This document shows positions 52,335 through 61,587 of a stretch of 64,000 bases of DNA, one piece after another; position 1 is the stretch's first letter; each line of letters starts with the position of its first letter. The stretch is from an uncultured bacterium. Lineage in GTDB: Bacteria; Patescibacteriota; Minisyncoccia; Minisyncoccales; RBG-13-42-11. Under the pieces are notes generated by a model. The model had not been told where the DNA came from, did not search any database, and saw nothing but the letters and a program-made list of their open reading frames with translations. The stretch is from assembly GCA_963790795.1 (NCBI GenBank), contig CAWBPO010000001.1:140073-204072 (forward strand), given 5' to 3'. Both the position numbers and the translations under genes were made by a program.

Positions 52335-52703
52335 ATGGCAAAGAAAATTCTCATAATTGAAGACGATAAATTCCTAAGGGATTTAATTACCCAAAAATTG
52401 CTCAAAGAAGATTTTGACATATCCCAAGCTGTGGACGGAGAGGAGGGAATCAAAAAAATCAAAGAAGAAAAACCAGATTTAGTTTTGCTGGACCTTATTT
52501 TGCCTGGTATTGATGGTTTTGAAGTTTTGACTCGGATGAAAAGCGATCAAAATTTGCCTTTGATCCCCGTAATCATCCTTTCCAATCTCGGTCAGAAAGA
52601 GGATATTGAAAAGGGGATGAAATTGGGAGCGACCGATTATTTGATTAAAGCCCATTTTACTCCAGGTGAGATTATTGATAAGATTAAGAACATTTTAAAA
52701 TAG
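52335..52703 (+). CDS. Stand-alone response-regulator receiver (REC only)
   Basis: 122 aa with DLVLLDLILPGIDGFEVL and no output domain. It starts 3 nt after the previous receiver. Confidence 0.85.
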   Translation: MAKKILIIEDDKFLRDLITQKLLKEDFDISQAVDGEEGIKKIKEEKPDLVLLDLILPGIDGFEVLTRMKSDQNLPLIPVIILSNLGQKEDIEKGMKLGATDYLIKAHFTPGEIIDKIKNILK

Positions 52704-52709
52704 AATGTT

Positions 52710-53435
52710 ATGCCCGAGCTCCCCGAAGTAGAAACGATTCGGCGGCAGTTGTCTCAAAAGATTGTCGGCAAGAGTTTGAACAGAAAGAAGATCGCTGGAG
52801 TGCGAAGAAGGGCTAAAATATTAATAATTGACTTTGAAGACGGCAGCAGTTTGCTTTTTCACTTGAAGCTAACCGGTCAGTTGATTTTTAACGGAGAACC
52901 TTCGCGTTACACTCGCAAGGTTTTTAAATTTACGGATGGTTCACGGTTGATTTTCAACGACCTGCGAAAATTTGGCTGGTATAGGATGGTCAAAAAAAGC
53001 GAACCAATAGAAAAGAAATTCGGACCAGAGCCGTTAAAAATGGATTTAAAAACATTTAAATCACTTTTAAATAAAAGGCCGAGGTCAAAAATAAAACCCT
53101 TGTTAATGGACCAGAAGTTTATTGCCGGAATTGGCAATATTTATTCTGATGAAATTCTGTTTGTTTCCAAAGTAAGGCCGACGCGCTTGGTAAAAAGCTT
53201 GAGAAACGCAGAAATCAATAAGATTTTCCAAAATATCAAGAAAATTCTAAAAGCAGCCATCAAAGCTAAAGGGTCGTCAGTTGAACACTACCTTGACGCT
53301 TGTGGGCAAAAGGGAAATTATGTTAAATACCACAAAGTTTATCATCGAAAAAAGTGTTCTTCCTGCGGCGGGCAGATTAAAAAGATTAAAATCAGCGGCA
53401 GGAGCGCTCATTTCTGCCCCAAATGCCAGAAATAA
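52710..53435 (+). CDS. mutM: Formamidopyrimidine-DNA glycosylase (Fpg/Nei family)
   Basis: N-terminal MPELPEVETIRRQL and a C-terminal zinc finger CSSCGGQI...FCPKCQ. Confidence 0.85.
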   Translation: MPELPEVETIRRQLSQKIVGKSLNRKKIAGVRRRAKILIIDFEDGSSLLFHLKLTGQLIFNGEPSRYTRKVFKFTDGSRLIFNDLRKFGWYRMVKKSEPIEKKFGPEPLKMDLKTFKSLLNKRPRSKIKPLLMDQKFIAGIGNIYSDEILFVSKVRPTRLVKSLRNAEINKIFQNIKKILKAAIKAKGSSVEHYLDACGQKGNYVKYHKVYHRKKCSSCGGQIKKIKISGRSAHFCPKCQK

Positions 53436-53441
53436 TAAGAG

Positions 53442-54377
53442 ATGATTATTTTGCTTTACGGACAAGATACATACAGAAGCCGGCAGAAGTTAAATGAAAT
53501 AATTGAACATTACGAAAAAATCCACAAAAGCGGATTAAATTTGATATATTTTGATGTTGAAAGCCTGAAGTTTGAGAATTTTAAAGACATATTTCAGCAA
53601 ACTTCAATGTTTGACGAGAAAAGAATGACAGTCTTATTAAATTGCTTTTCCAATAAAGATTTTAAAGAGAAAGTTTTGGAAAACTGTAAATTATTCCTTG
53701 ATTCCAAAGACATCATTTTGCTTTATGAAGAGGGAAAGATTTTAGAAAGAGACAGATTGTTAAAACTTTTGCAAAAACAAGCAAAGATGCAAGAGTTCCA
53801 GCTTTTGGAAGGAGTAAAATTAAGAAGCTGGATAAAGCAGGAGTTTTTAAAATTCAAAACGGAAATTAGTCCTGAAGCCATAGAAAAACTTATTGATTTT
53901 GCTGGGAATGACCTTTGGCAGATAGCTAACGAAGTGAAAAAGCTGGCTTCTTTTAAAAAAGGCAAAAGAATTGATGCCGAAGATATAGAATTATTGGTAA
54001 AACCGAAAATTGAAAATGATATTTTTAAAACCATTGATGCCATTGCTTCCAAGAATAAAAAAGAGGCACTGCTTCTGATCCACAAACATTTGGAAAAAGG
54101 AGACAATCCCGTTTATTTGCTTTCAATGATTAATTTCCAGTTTAGAAACCTTTTGATGGTAAAAGAGCTTATTGAAGAGCAGAAACCGTATTATGCTATT
54201 TCTAAAATGACCAAATTGCACCCTTTTGTAGTCAAGAAAAGCTATCAGCAGGCAGCCAGATTTTCTTTTGCTGAATTAAAAAAAATCTACCAGAAATTAT
54301 TTGAGGCAGATTTGGCGATAAAAACAGGAAAGATTGGTTCGGAAACAGCCCTTGATTTGTTTCTCAGCGGGATTTGA
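53442..54377 (+). CDS. holA: DNA polymerase III delta subunit
   Basis: 311 aa. The opening MIILLYGQDTYRSRQKLNEII and the overall helical C-terminal half fit HolA. This is a weaker, pattern-level call. Confidence 0.6.
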   Translation: MIILLYGQDTYRSRQKLNEIIEHYEKIHKSGLNLIYFDVESLKFENFKDIFQQTSMFDEKRMTVLLNCFSNKDFKEKVLENCKLFLDSKDIILLYEEGKILERDRLLKLLQKQAKMQEFQLLEGVKLRSWIKQEFLKFKTEISPEAIEKLIDFAGNDLWQIANEVKKLASFKKGKRIDAEDIELLVKPKIENDIFKTIDAIASKNKKEALLLIHKHLEKGDNPVYLLSMINFQFRNLLMVKELIEEQKPYYAISKMTKLHPFVVKKSYQQAARFSFAELKKIYQKLFEADLAIKTGKIGSETALDLFLSGI

Positions 54378-54627
54378 GGATTGATTTTGAGATTCTTGAT
54401 TTTTTCCGGGAAGCGGTATTTTTTTTGATTAATTTGGTTTTGGCTGCTTTGTCTAAAACTTTGTAGACTTGAGGCAGAAGCTTTTTTGCTTCTTCAATTT
54501 TCTTTTCCGCCACCAAAACTCTCACCTCTTTTAAGAGGTTTTTTAATCTTCTTGTTTTCGCAATATTTCGGGTCCTTCTTTTTTCGCTTTTGCGAAGGGC
54601 CTTTTTGGCCGATTGGATGATAGGCAT
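54364..54627 (-). CDS. rpsT: 30S ribosomal protein S20
   Basis: 87 aa with MPIIQSAKKALRKSEKRRTRNIAKTRRLKN... Confidence 0.9.
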   Translation of the reverse strand: MPIIQSAKKALRKSEKRRTRNIAKTRRLKNLLKEVRVLVAEKKIEEAKKLLPQVYKVLDKAAKTKLIKKNTASRKKSRISKSILKSR

Positions 54628-54730
54628 ATATGGTTTAATATAATATAAAAACGTGGAAAAGGCAAGTTATGGCCGTAAATAATTTTGTTTTGTTCTAAAT
54701 ACGTGATAAAATGAAAAAACTTATATTACA

Positions 54731-55138
54731 ATGCCGGAAGAACAATCCAATTTAAACAAGGAGAGCTTTGAAAGAAAACTCCCCGAATTTCAAGGGCTTA
54801 AAGAAAAAGTACTGGAAAAAGAAGTTGAGCTTAAAAATGAGGCGCCGGAAACAAAAGAAAAGATTATAAGAAAAGAGATTCGGGAAAAACTGCAAGAATT
54901 GCAGTCGATAGCTCCGCCTGATATTCCTTTGGCTGCGAGAGACGAGGCAAAAGAAATATCTAAATTTTCTCCTGAAAGGCAAGTAGAAGCCTTGGTTTCT
55001 TTGGTTTTTGAAAAAGGGTTGGAAGAAGCTGTTTCAGTGGCCAAAAGAACTAACCCCGCTATTTTGGATAAATTTCACGACAAGCTGGCAGATGAATATT
55101 ATGAGATGCTTGTCAGTCAAGGCGTGATAAAAATTTAA
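54731..55138 (+). CDS. Hypothetical acidic/helical protein, translationally coupled to the VirD4-like gene
   Basis: 135 aa. Its TAA stop overlaps the next ATG (TAATG at 55136-55140). Confidence 0.45.
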   Translation: MPEEQSNLNKESFERKLPEFQGLKEKVLEKEVELKNEAPETKEKIIRKEIREKLQELQSIAPPDIPLAARDEAKEISKFSPERQVEALVSLVFEKGLEEAVSVAKRTNPAILDKFHDKLADEYYEMLVSQGVIKI

Positions 55139-57603
55139 TGAGCATGTTTTCTGACAGACAATTATTATTTGCTTTTTTGGCAGTTTTTTCTTTTTTGTTG
55201 TTCTTTTTGATTTTCAATTTTTTGCTTAATAAAAAAAGAGAAAGATTTTCCCTTGCTCGGGGCATGAATCTTTCCTTGTTTTTGGTCACCCTGCCATATG
55301 AGACAAAAACGGATAAGGAAAAGGATGTTTCTTTGCAGGACTATTTAAAGCTTGGAGAACAGTTTTTTTCATCTTTCGCCGGAATACGGGAGGAAAACAT
55401 GTTCTCCCGTTTTTTGTCCGGCAACCCATATTTTGTTTTTGAGATTGCAGTTCATCATGCGCAGGAAGAGATATTTTTTTATGTCGCTTGTCCGCGCAAA
55501 TTTTCCCAGACGATGGAAAAGCAGATTCTCGGTTTTTGGCCGAAAGCCCAAATCCAGCCGGTTGATGATTACAATATTTTCAATGTTGAAGGGGTTTCGT
55601 TCGGCAGCAAAGCTTCCTTGAAAAATTTAGCTATTCTGCCCATTAAAAATTACAAAGATTTTCAAGTTGACCCTTTGTCTTCAATAACCAGTACGCTAAC
55701 CAAACTGAAAAAAGAAGGGGAAGGGGCGGCAATTCAGATTTTATTCAGGCCGAGCAGGAAATCAATCAAAAAAATGGCTTTTGAGGCAATTGAATCTTTG
55801 CAAACAGGCAAAGATTTTGATACGGCCATGTCTGAGGCGAGAAAATCTGGCTTTTTTGCTGATATGGGCAAAGTTCTTAGCCCCAAAAGCGGCAAAAAAC
55901 CAGAAGACGCTTTTAAAAAAACAGAAATAAGCCCGGCGCAGCAAGAAGCTATTTCTTCAATTTCAGCAAAGGCTTCTCAGCCGTTATTTGATGTAAACTT
56001 AAGAATATTAGTTTCAGCGGAAAATGAGATAAAAGCAAAAACCATTCTGGGAGAAATAGAAAGCTCATTTGAACAATTCAACGCCCCTCTTTTGAATCAG
56101 ATTAGATTCAAGCGTCCGGTTAAAAAAGAATTGAAAAAGCTTTTTTATAGATTTTCTTTCAGGCTTTTTAACTATTCTGAAACAATGATGTTTTCTTCCG
56201 GGGAACTCGCCACGCTTTTTCATTTGCCTGCTTCCGATCTCTATACTCCTCACATTAAATGGATTAAAACAAAACAGGCTGTTCCTCCGGTTAATTTGCC
56301 GGAGCAGGGCATAATCATCGGCAAAAACGTTTTCCGCGGCGAAGAAAGAACAGTCAGAATCATGAACGAAGACCGGCAAAGGCATTTCTACATTATCGGT
56401 CAGACCGGAACAGGAAAATCCGTGCTGATCCAGGAAATGCTAAAACAAGATATTGAAAACGGCCAAGGTCTGGCTTTAATCGATCCTCATGGAGATTTGG
56501 CTGAACGTGTCTTAGGGCTTATCCCTGCCTCCAGAGCAGAGGACGTGATTTACTTTAATCCGGGAGACGTTTCAAAACCGCTCGGTCTCAATATGCTTGA
56601 ATACGACCAAAATTATCCCGAATCAAAAACATTTGTCGTCAATGAAATTCTGGAAATTTTTGAAAAATTATATAATCTGAAAGCTCAAGGGTTTGGCGGT
56701 CCTGTTTTTGAACAATATATGAGAAATGCGCTTTTGCTGGTTATGGAAGACCCGGATTCCGGCACCACTTTGATTGAAGTGCCAAGGGTTTTGTCCGATG
56801 CAGATTTCAGGAAATACAAGCTGTCCCGTTGCAAGAATATAGTGGTTAAGAATTTCTGGGAGCAGGAGGCGGAAAAAGCAGGAGGGGAAGCAGCTTTGGC
56901 AAATATGGTGCCTTATATCACCAGCAAAATGAACGTTTTTACTGCCAATGACCTTGTCCGTCCGATTATTTCCCAGCAAAAATCATCCATAAATTTCAGG
57001 GAAGTTATGGATCAGGGGAAAATATTAATTATCAATCTTGCCAAAGGAAAGTTGGGAGATGTCAATTCATATCTCTTGGGGATGATTATCGTCGGAAAAA
57101 TACTCATTGCGGCAATGTCCAGGGTTGATCTTAAAGAAGAAAAGCGCAAGCCGTTTTATCTGTATATAGACGAATTTCACAACGTTACGACAAATACTAT
57201 TTCATCCACTTTAGCGGAGGCGAGAAAATATAAATTGGCCATGACTTTGGCTCACCAGTTTATCGGCCAAATTGACGAAGACACCAGAAAAGCGATTTTT
57301 GGCAATGTTGGTTCTATTGCCTGTTTTAGGGTGGGGCCGGAAGACGCCAAATATCTAATAACTCAATTTGAGCCGATTTTTAATGAGAATGATTTGGTTA
57401 ATATAGACAACTGCAATGCAGCTATAAGATTGTTGATTAATGGAGAGACGTCAAATCCTTTCAATATCATTACTTTTCCTCCGAGCGAATCGAATGAAAA
57501 GATTGCAGAATTAATTAAGGAACTATCAAGAGTAAAATACGGGCGCGATTTGGCTGTCGTGGAAAAAGAGCTTTTAAAGAGAATGCAAAAAGGATATTTT
57601 TAG
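55138..57603 (+). CDS. VirD4/TraD-like type IV coupling-protein ATPase with N-terminal TM anchor and an unknown 370-aa domain
   Basis: 821 aa with TM LLFAFLAVFSFLLFFLIFNFLL, Walker A IIGQTGTGKSV, IDPHGD, Walker B FYLYIDEFHN and TLAHQFIGQI. Confidence 0.7.
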   Translation: MSMFSDRQLLFAFLAVFSFLLFFLIFNFLLNKKRERFSLARGMNLSLFLVTLPYETKTDKEKDVSLQDYLKLGEQFFSSFAGIREENMFSRFLSGNPYFVFEIAVHHAQEEIFFYVACPRKFSQTMEKQILGFWPKAQIQPVDDYNIFNVEGVSFGSKASLKNLAILPIKNYKDFQVDPLSSITSTLTKLKKEGEGAAIQILFRPSRKSIKKMAFEAIESLQTGKDFDTAMSEARKSGFFADMGKVLSPKSGKKPEDAFKKTEISPAQQEAISSISAKASQPLFDVNLRILVSAENEIKAKTILGEIESSFEQFNAPLLNQIRFKRPVKKELKKLFYRFSFRLFNYSETMMFSSGELATLFHLPASDLYTPHIKWIKTKQAVPPVNLPEQGIIIGKNVFRGEERTVRIMNEDRQRHFYIIGQTGTGKSVLIQEMLKQDIENGQGLALIDPHGDLAERVLGLIPASRAEDVIYFNPGDVSKPLGLNMLEYDQNYPESKTFVVNEILEIFEKLYNLKAQGFGGPVFEQYMRNALLLVMEDPDSGTTLIEVPRVLSDADFRKYKLSRCKNIVVKNFWEQEAEKAGGEAALANMVPYITSKMNVFTANDLVRPIISQQKSSINFREVMDQGKILIINLAKGKLGDVNSYLLGMIIVGKILIAAMSRVDLKEEKRKPFYLYIDEFHNVTTNTISSTLAEARKYKLAMTLAHQFIGQIDEDTRKAIFGNVGSIACFRVGPEDAKYLITQFEPIFNENDLVNIDNCNAAIRLLINGETSNPFNIITFPPSESNEKIAELIKELSRVKYGRDLAVVEKELLKRMQKGYF

Positions 57604-57616
57604 CGAAGATTATATA

Positions 57617-57645
57617 TTGACAAAATCAATTAATTTTGGTATAAA
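57617..57645 (+). promoter_or_regulatory. Promoter TTGACA-17-TATAAA upstream of the K/E-rich protein gene
   Basis: TTGACA at 57617-57622, a 17-nt spacer, and TATAAA at 57640-57645. Confidence 0.5.
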
Positions 57646-57688
57646 ATAAAAGAGGAATTATATTAATAATCATTAAATTTTTTAAAAT

Positions 57689-59248
57689 ATGTCCGAAACA
57701 ATAAAAGACGGACCAGGCCTAAGAGAGGGAGAGCCGACCGGAAAAAGGAAAAGAGTAGAGGAAGGAAAAAGAAAGAAAAAAACAATTGAAGAAGAGGAAA
57801 TTACTGGCGATATTCCTAAAAGGGGGAAGGAGACATTGAAACAGCCAGGGAATAAAAGAATATTTAGAAAAGAAGGGGTAGAAGTAGACGCCTCTAGTTT
57901 AGGTTTAAAAGAAATAGCGGAACTCAAAAAGAATGGCTATGTGGAAGAAGGCCCTGTTGTAAAACCTAAACCTGGCGGAAAACCTGAAAAAGGTACTGGT
58001 ACAAAAAAAGAAAAAAAAGAACCAGGGGGCGTAAGTGAAAAAAAGAAAGAAAGGAAGACACTAGAAAGGTCTAGTAAAGCAGTTGAATCCCAGGAGGCGG
58101 AGACAATCGCCAAGGCTAGTCCAGCCGAAGAAAAAAAAGAACAGAAGATTGAAACCAAAGAAAAAATTGAATTACGTGGCCCGAGAAAGGAAGATATCCC
58201 ATTTTATAAAGAAAGAATAAAGACAGGTAAAGAGAAAATTAAATATCTCAAAGAAAGACTGACTGCAGCAAAAAAACCAGATGCAGGTATTGAGAAAAAA
58301 CTTCACATGGAAGAAGCTGCAGTTAAAACAATTGAAGCAAAATTGAAAATAGCTGAAGCTGAAGAAAAGATAGGTGACAAAAAAATAGAAAAAGAGCCTT
58401 CTTCTCAAGAAGGGGAAAAGAAGCGTCCAAAAAACGAAGAGTTCAAAAAAGCTGAGTCAATGTTGGCTAGACGCTATTTAGAAAAAGGATTGACGGAAGA
58501 TGAGATTAATGAAATGCGCAGATCAATGGGCTGGAGAAAGGAAGTGAATGCTTTTTTGGCGGCCGAAAAAAGAACCCAAGAACCAACTCTTGCTGAACAG
58601 AAAACAGAGAAAACCAATAAACTAAAGGAAATCAAAGAACAGCTTATGGCAATGTATGAAGAGGCCCTGAAAGGAAAGCAAAGAAATCAGTTTGAAGAAT
58701 TTAAAGAAAATATTAATGAGGTTACCGGCGGTAAATTCGTATACGAAACAATCAGAGATGCTTGTCTAAAAAAGCTCGGCTGGGGCGTAAAATATGATTT
58801 TTGGAACAGCAGGGCCTGGCTTATAGACAGCGCAGGGAATTTTATTGATAAAAACGGAGGAGTGGCCAAAAATAAAAAAGACAGAACGGAATTTAAAACA
58901 CAGTGGAGATTTCCGACCGAAACTCCGTTTATCAAGTTTTTAATGGCGCAGGTTGAAAAGAAGCTAGGCGGAACGCAGAGTCCAGCTGAATCAAAAGTGT
59001 CGCCCGAAGAAAATATAAAACAATGGAAAGAGCATTTTGGACCTCTTGCAGAAATGCAAGAAGAAATAGAAAAATCTCAAACCCCGGTTGAATCAAAGCC
59101 ATCATCTAAAGAAGACAGAGAAAAGTGGAGAGAACAATTCGGCATTCTTGCAGAAGTGCAGGAAGAAATAGAAAGACCTCAAACGAAGAAGCCGAAATCG
59201 TTTTGGCAGAGATTGAAATCGTTTTTTAGCAGGGAAAAGAAATTTTAA
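57689..59248 (+). CDS. Highly charged K/E-rich protein of unknown function with a C-terminal internal repeat
   Basis: 519 aa, mostly K/E/G low complexity. It has one conserved-looking core (GWGVKYDFWNSRAWLIDSAGNFIDKNGG) and a tandem roughly 30-aa repeat (KQWKEHFGPLAEMQEEIEKSQT / EKWREQFGILAEVQEEIERPQT). Confidence 0.5.
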   Translation: MSETIKDGPGLREGEPTGKRKRVEEGKRKKKTIEEEEITGDIPKRGKETLKQPGNKRIFRKEGVEVDASSLGLKEIAELKKNGYVEEGPVVKPKPGGKPEKGTGTKKEKKEPGGVSEKKKERKTLERSSKAVESQEAETIAKASPAEEKKEQKIETKEKIELRGPRKEDIPFYKERIKTGKEKIKYLKERLTAAKKPDAGIEKKLHMEEAAVKTIEAKLKIAEAEEKIGDKKIEKEPSSQEGEKKRPKNEEFKKAESMLARRYLEKGLTEDEINEMRRSMGWRKEVNAFLAAEKRTQEPTLAEQKTEKTNKLKEIKEQLMAMYEEALKGKQRNQFEEFKENINEVTGGKFVYETIRDACLKKLGWGVKYDFWNSRAWLIDSAGNFIDKNGGVAKNKKDRTEFKTQWRFPTETPFIKFLMAQVEKKLGGTQSPAESKVSPEENIKQWKEHFGPLAEMQEEIEKSQTPVESKPSSKEDREKWREQFGILAEVQEEIERPQTKKPKSFWQRLKSFFSREKKF

Positions 59249-59257
59249 TTGATTAAG

Positions 59258-59283
59258 AAATCCCCCGAAAAGGGGGATTTTTC
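59258..59283. terminator. Strong bidirectional terminator between the 57689 gene and uvrB
   Basis: AAATCCCCC-gaaaa-GGGGGATTT is a 9-bp stem with A and T runs on both sides. Confidence 0.75.
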
Positions 59284-61237
59284 ATTTCCGAAGCTTTTTA
59301 ATCAGGTCGCGAATTTTAGATGCTTTTTCAAAATCCAAGTTATTGGCAGCTATTTTCATTTCTTTTTCCAACAGTTTAATGTCTTGGATCGGGCCGAACT
59401 CCATAATTGTTTCCTCTTTTTTGTTAAATGGCCAATCCCTGATTTCTTTGACAATCGCCTTGGGAATTATTTTATATTTTCTATTATAGTTTTCCTGTAT
59501 TTTCCTTCTTCTTTCGATTTCTTTAATAGCGCTTGCCATAGATTTGGTAATCTTGTCAGCGTAAAGAACAACATGGCCTTCAGAATGGCGGGCAGCTCTT
59601 CCCATGGTTTGAATTAATGTTGTTTCTGACCTTAAAAATCCTTCTTTGTCAGCGTCTAAGATTGCAATCAAAGCTACTTCGGGCAAGTCTAATCCTTCTC
59701 TTAAAAGATTAATGCCCACCAGAACGTCATATTTCCCCTCTCTTAGGTTTTTTAAAATCTGCGGCCTTTCCAAAGTTTTTATTTCCGAATGGAGCCATTG
59801 GGCTTTTATACCCTCTTCAGTCAAATAATCAGAAACAGCTTCGGCTAATCTTTTGGTCAGAGTTAAAACCAAAATTCTTTGCTGTGTGTAAACAGTGGGA
59901 TTTTTTGTGATTCTTTTTTTAATTTCTTCAATTAAATCTTTTATCTGGTTTTTTGTCGGTCTTATTTCAATTGACGGCTCCAATAATCCTGTTGGTCTGA
60001 CTAGTTGTTCAATCAGCAATTTTGATTTATTGTTCTTTATTTTTAAATCCTCGTATTCTCCTGGCGTGGCTGAAACATAAATTGTCTGATTCGTGCTTTT
60101 TTCAAACTCTTCAAATTTTAAAGGCCTATTGTCAATGGCTGAGGGAAGCCTGAAGCCGTATTCAATTAAAGTTTTTTTCCTTATCTTGTCTTGGACAGCC
60201 ATTGCCCGAAGCTGCGAGATGGTTATATGGGATTCATCAATAAAAACTAAAAAATCATTGGCATAGTAGTTAATCAAAGCATAAGGAGGGTCTCCTGGCT
60301 TTCTGAATTCCAGATGCCTTGAATAGTTTTCAATGCCGTGGCAAAAGCCGGTTTCTTTCATCATTTCCAAATCATAATTCGTCCTTTGGCTTAATCTTTG
60401 CCATTCAACTAATTTTTTCTGCTTTTTAAGATTTTTTAAATGTTCCTGCAGCTCTAATCTAATATTCTCAATGGCGATATTCAACTTTTCCTGGGGAGTG
60501 ACCCAAAAATGCGCAGGGAACAGTTTAAAAGAGTTAATAATTTTATATTCAGAACCAAGAATATCTTTTTTGCTTTTTACGCTTTCTATTTTATCTCCAG
60601 AAAATTCAATTTGCAGAATCTCTTTTCCGGTTACCGAATAAATCTCAATTATGTCGCCTCTGATTCTGAAAGTGCCCGGTTTAAAATCAATATCATTTCT
60701 TTGATATTGGAGTGAAGTTAAGTGAGCGATAAAATCTTTTCTTTTAATTTTTTTCCCTGATTTAATTTCAAGAGAAACCTGCTGGTAGTCTTCGGGCGAG
60801 CCGATATTGTAAATGCAGGAAACCGAAGCAATAATGATAACGTCTTTTCTCAATAATAAATCTTGGACTGCCGCATGCCTCAATCTGTCTATTTCTTCGT
60901 TTATTTTGGCGTCTTTTTCAATGTAGGTGTCTGTTTGAGGGATATATGCTTCTGGCTGGTAATAGTCGTAATATGAAACAAAATAATGGACAGCGTTTTC
61001 CGGGAAGAATTCTTTGAATTCCTGATACAATTGGGCAGCTAAGGTTTTATTGTGGGAAATGATTAGAGTTGGCTTTTGCATTTTTTCAATTGCTTTGGCC
61101 ATAGTAAAAGTTTTGCCAGAGCCGGTTACTCCCAAAAGCACCTGATGCTTTTCACCAGCTTTTAAGTTTCCCACCAGTTTCTTAATTGCTTGTGGCTGAT
61201 CGCCGGTCGGTTTGAATTTTGAGACAATTTTAAACAT
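59282..61237 (-). CDS. uvrB: Excinuclease ABC subunit B
   Basis: 651 aa with Walker A GVTGSGKTFT, helicase motifs and a C-terminal UVR domain (NLDFEKASKIRDLIKKL). Confidence 0.95.
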   Translation of the reverse strand: MFKIVSKFKPTGDQPQAIKKLVGNLKAGEKHQVLLGVTGSGKTFTMAKAIEKMQKPTLIISHNKTLAAQLYQEFKEFFPENAVHYFVSYYDYYQPEAYIPQTDTYIEKDAKINEEIDRLRHAAVQDLLLRKDVIIIASVSCIYNIGSPEDYQQVSLEIKSGKKIKRKDFIAHLTSLQYQRNDIDFKPGTFRIRGDIIEIYSVTGKEILQIEFSGDKIESVKSKKDILGSEYKIINSFKLFPAHFWVTPQEKLNIAIENIRLELQEHLKNLKKQKKLVEWQRLSQRTNYDLEMMKETGFCHGIENYSRHLEFRKPGDPPYALINYYANDFLVFIDESHITISQLRAMAVQDKIRKKTLIEYGFRLPSAIDNRPLKFEEFEKSTNQTIYVSATPGEYEDLKIKNNKSKLLIEQLVRPTGLLEPSIEIRPTKNQIKDLIEEIKKRITKNPTVYTQQRILVLTLTKRLAEAVSDYLTEEGIKAQWLHSEIKTLERPQILKNLREGKYDVLVGINLLREGLDLPEVALIAILDADKEGFLRSETTLIQTMGRAARHSEGHVVLYADKITKSMASAIKEIERRRKIQENYNRKYKIIPKAIVKEIRDWPFNKKEETIMEFGPIQDIKLLEKEMKIAANNLDFEKASKIRDLIKKLRK

Positions 61238-61284
61238 TCTTTTTCTTTTTATCTCAAATTCTCTTTGTTTTCAAGCCATTCGCA

Positions 61285-61313
61285 TTGACAGGCATTTTTA
61301 CCAAAGATACAAT
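61285..61313 (+). promoter_or_regulatory. Consensus sigma70 promoter TTGACA-17-TACAAT
   Basis: TTGACA at 61285-61290, exactly 17 nt of spacer, and TACAAT at 61308-61313. The hexamers are the same as in the 45760 promoter. Confidence 0.65.
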
Positions 61314-61319
61314 AAAAAT

Positions 61320-61587
61320 AGCTTTGAAGGAAACGTCTGACTACCGAAGGGGAGTTATCAAGCTAAGGAGGTCCAATGAAAACTAAATATCCGAGTATGT
61401 TCAGGGTTCTGGCCTAACGGCGAGACGTGGAATCAGCCGCTTTTAACGATGCTTAGACACTGCACCTGGCATCACGATTTATTAGAACAAGATCAAAGTC
61501 ACTGATTAAGTGGGTTTTCTCCCTTCGGAAGTTAGGCTTTCCATAAGAGGGTGGACCGATATCCATGACGTCCCCCTCTTTTATTTT
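61320..61587 (+). promoter_or_regulatory. About 270-nt structured leader or sRNA with a 13-codon ORF and a strong terminator, upstream of the Mur ligase gene
   Basis: AAGGAGG (61365-61371) is followed 4 nt later by ATG; the ORF MKTKYPSMFRVLA spans 61376-61417. Candidate helices pair 61344-61354 with 61519-61528 and 61448-61452 with 61469-61473. The terminator AAGAGGG(T)GGAC...GTCCCCCTCTT plus TTTTATTTT spans 61545-61587. Confidence 0.5.

Noticed and set aside
61549-61558. T-box riboswitch (GGGTGGACCG resembles the T-box core GGGUGGNACCGCG; UGGA would match a U73 tRNA such as Gly)
   Set aside because: The match is one nucleotide short and lies in the 5' arm of the terminator itself, rather than upstream of it as in real T-boxes. 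I found no Stem I features (specifier loop, AG bulge, distal-loop motifs). A Mur ligase would also be an atypical target. It is left as an unclassified leader.
61320-61587. RNase P RNA or tmRNA hidden upstream of murE
   Set aside because: No GAGGAAAGUCC / ACAGAA-type P4 strands are present, nor a tRNA-like T-arm with CCA end or a tag-peptide reading frame ending in a typical ...LAA. At about 270 nt it is also too short for a bacterial RNase P RNA.
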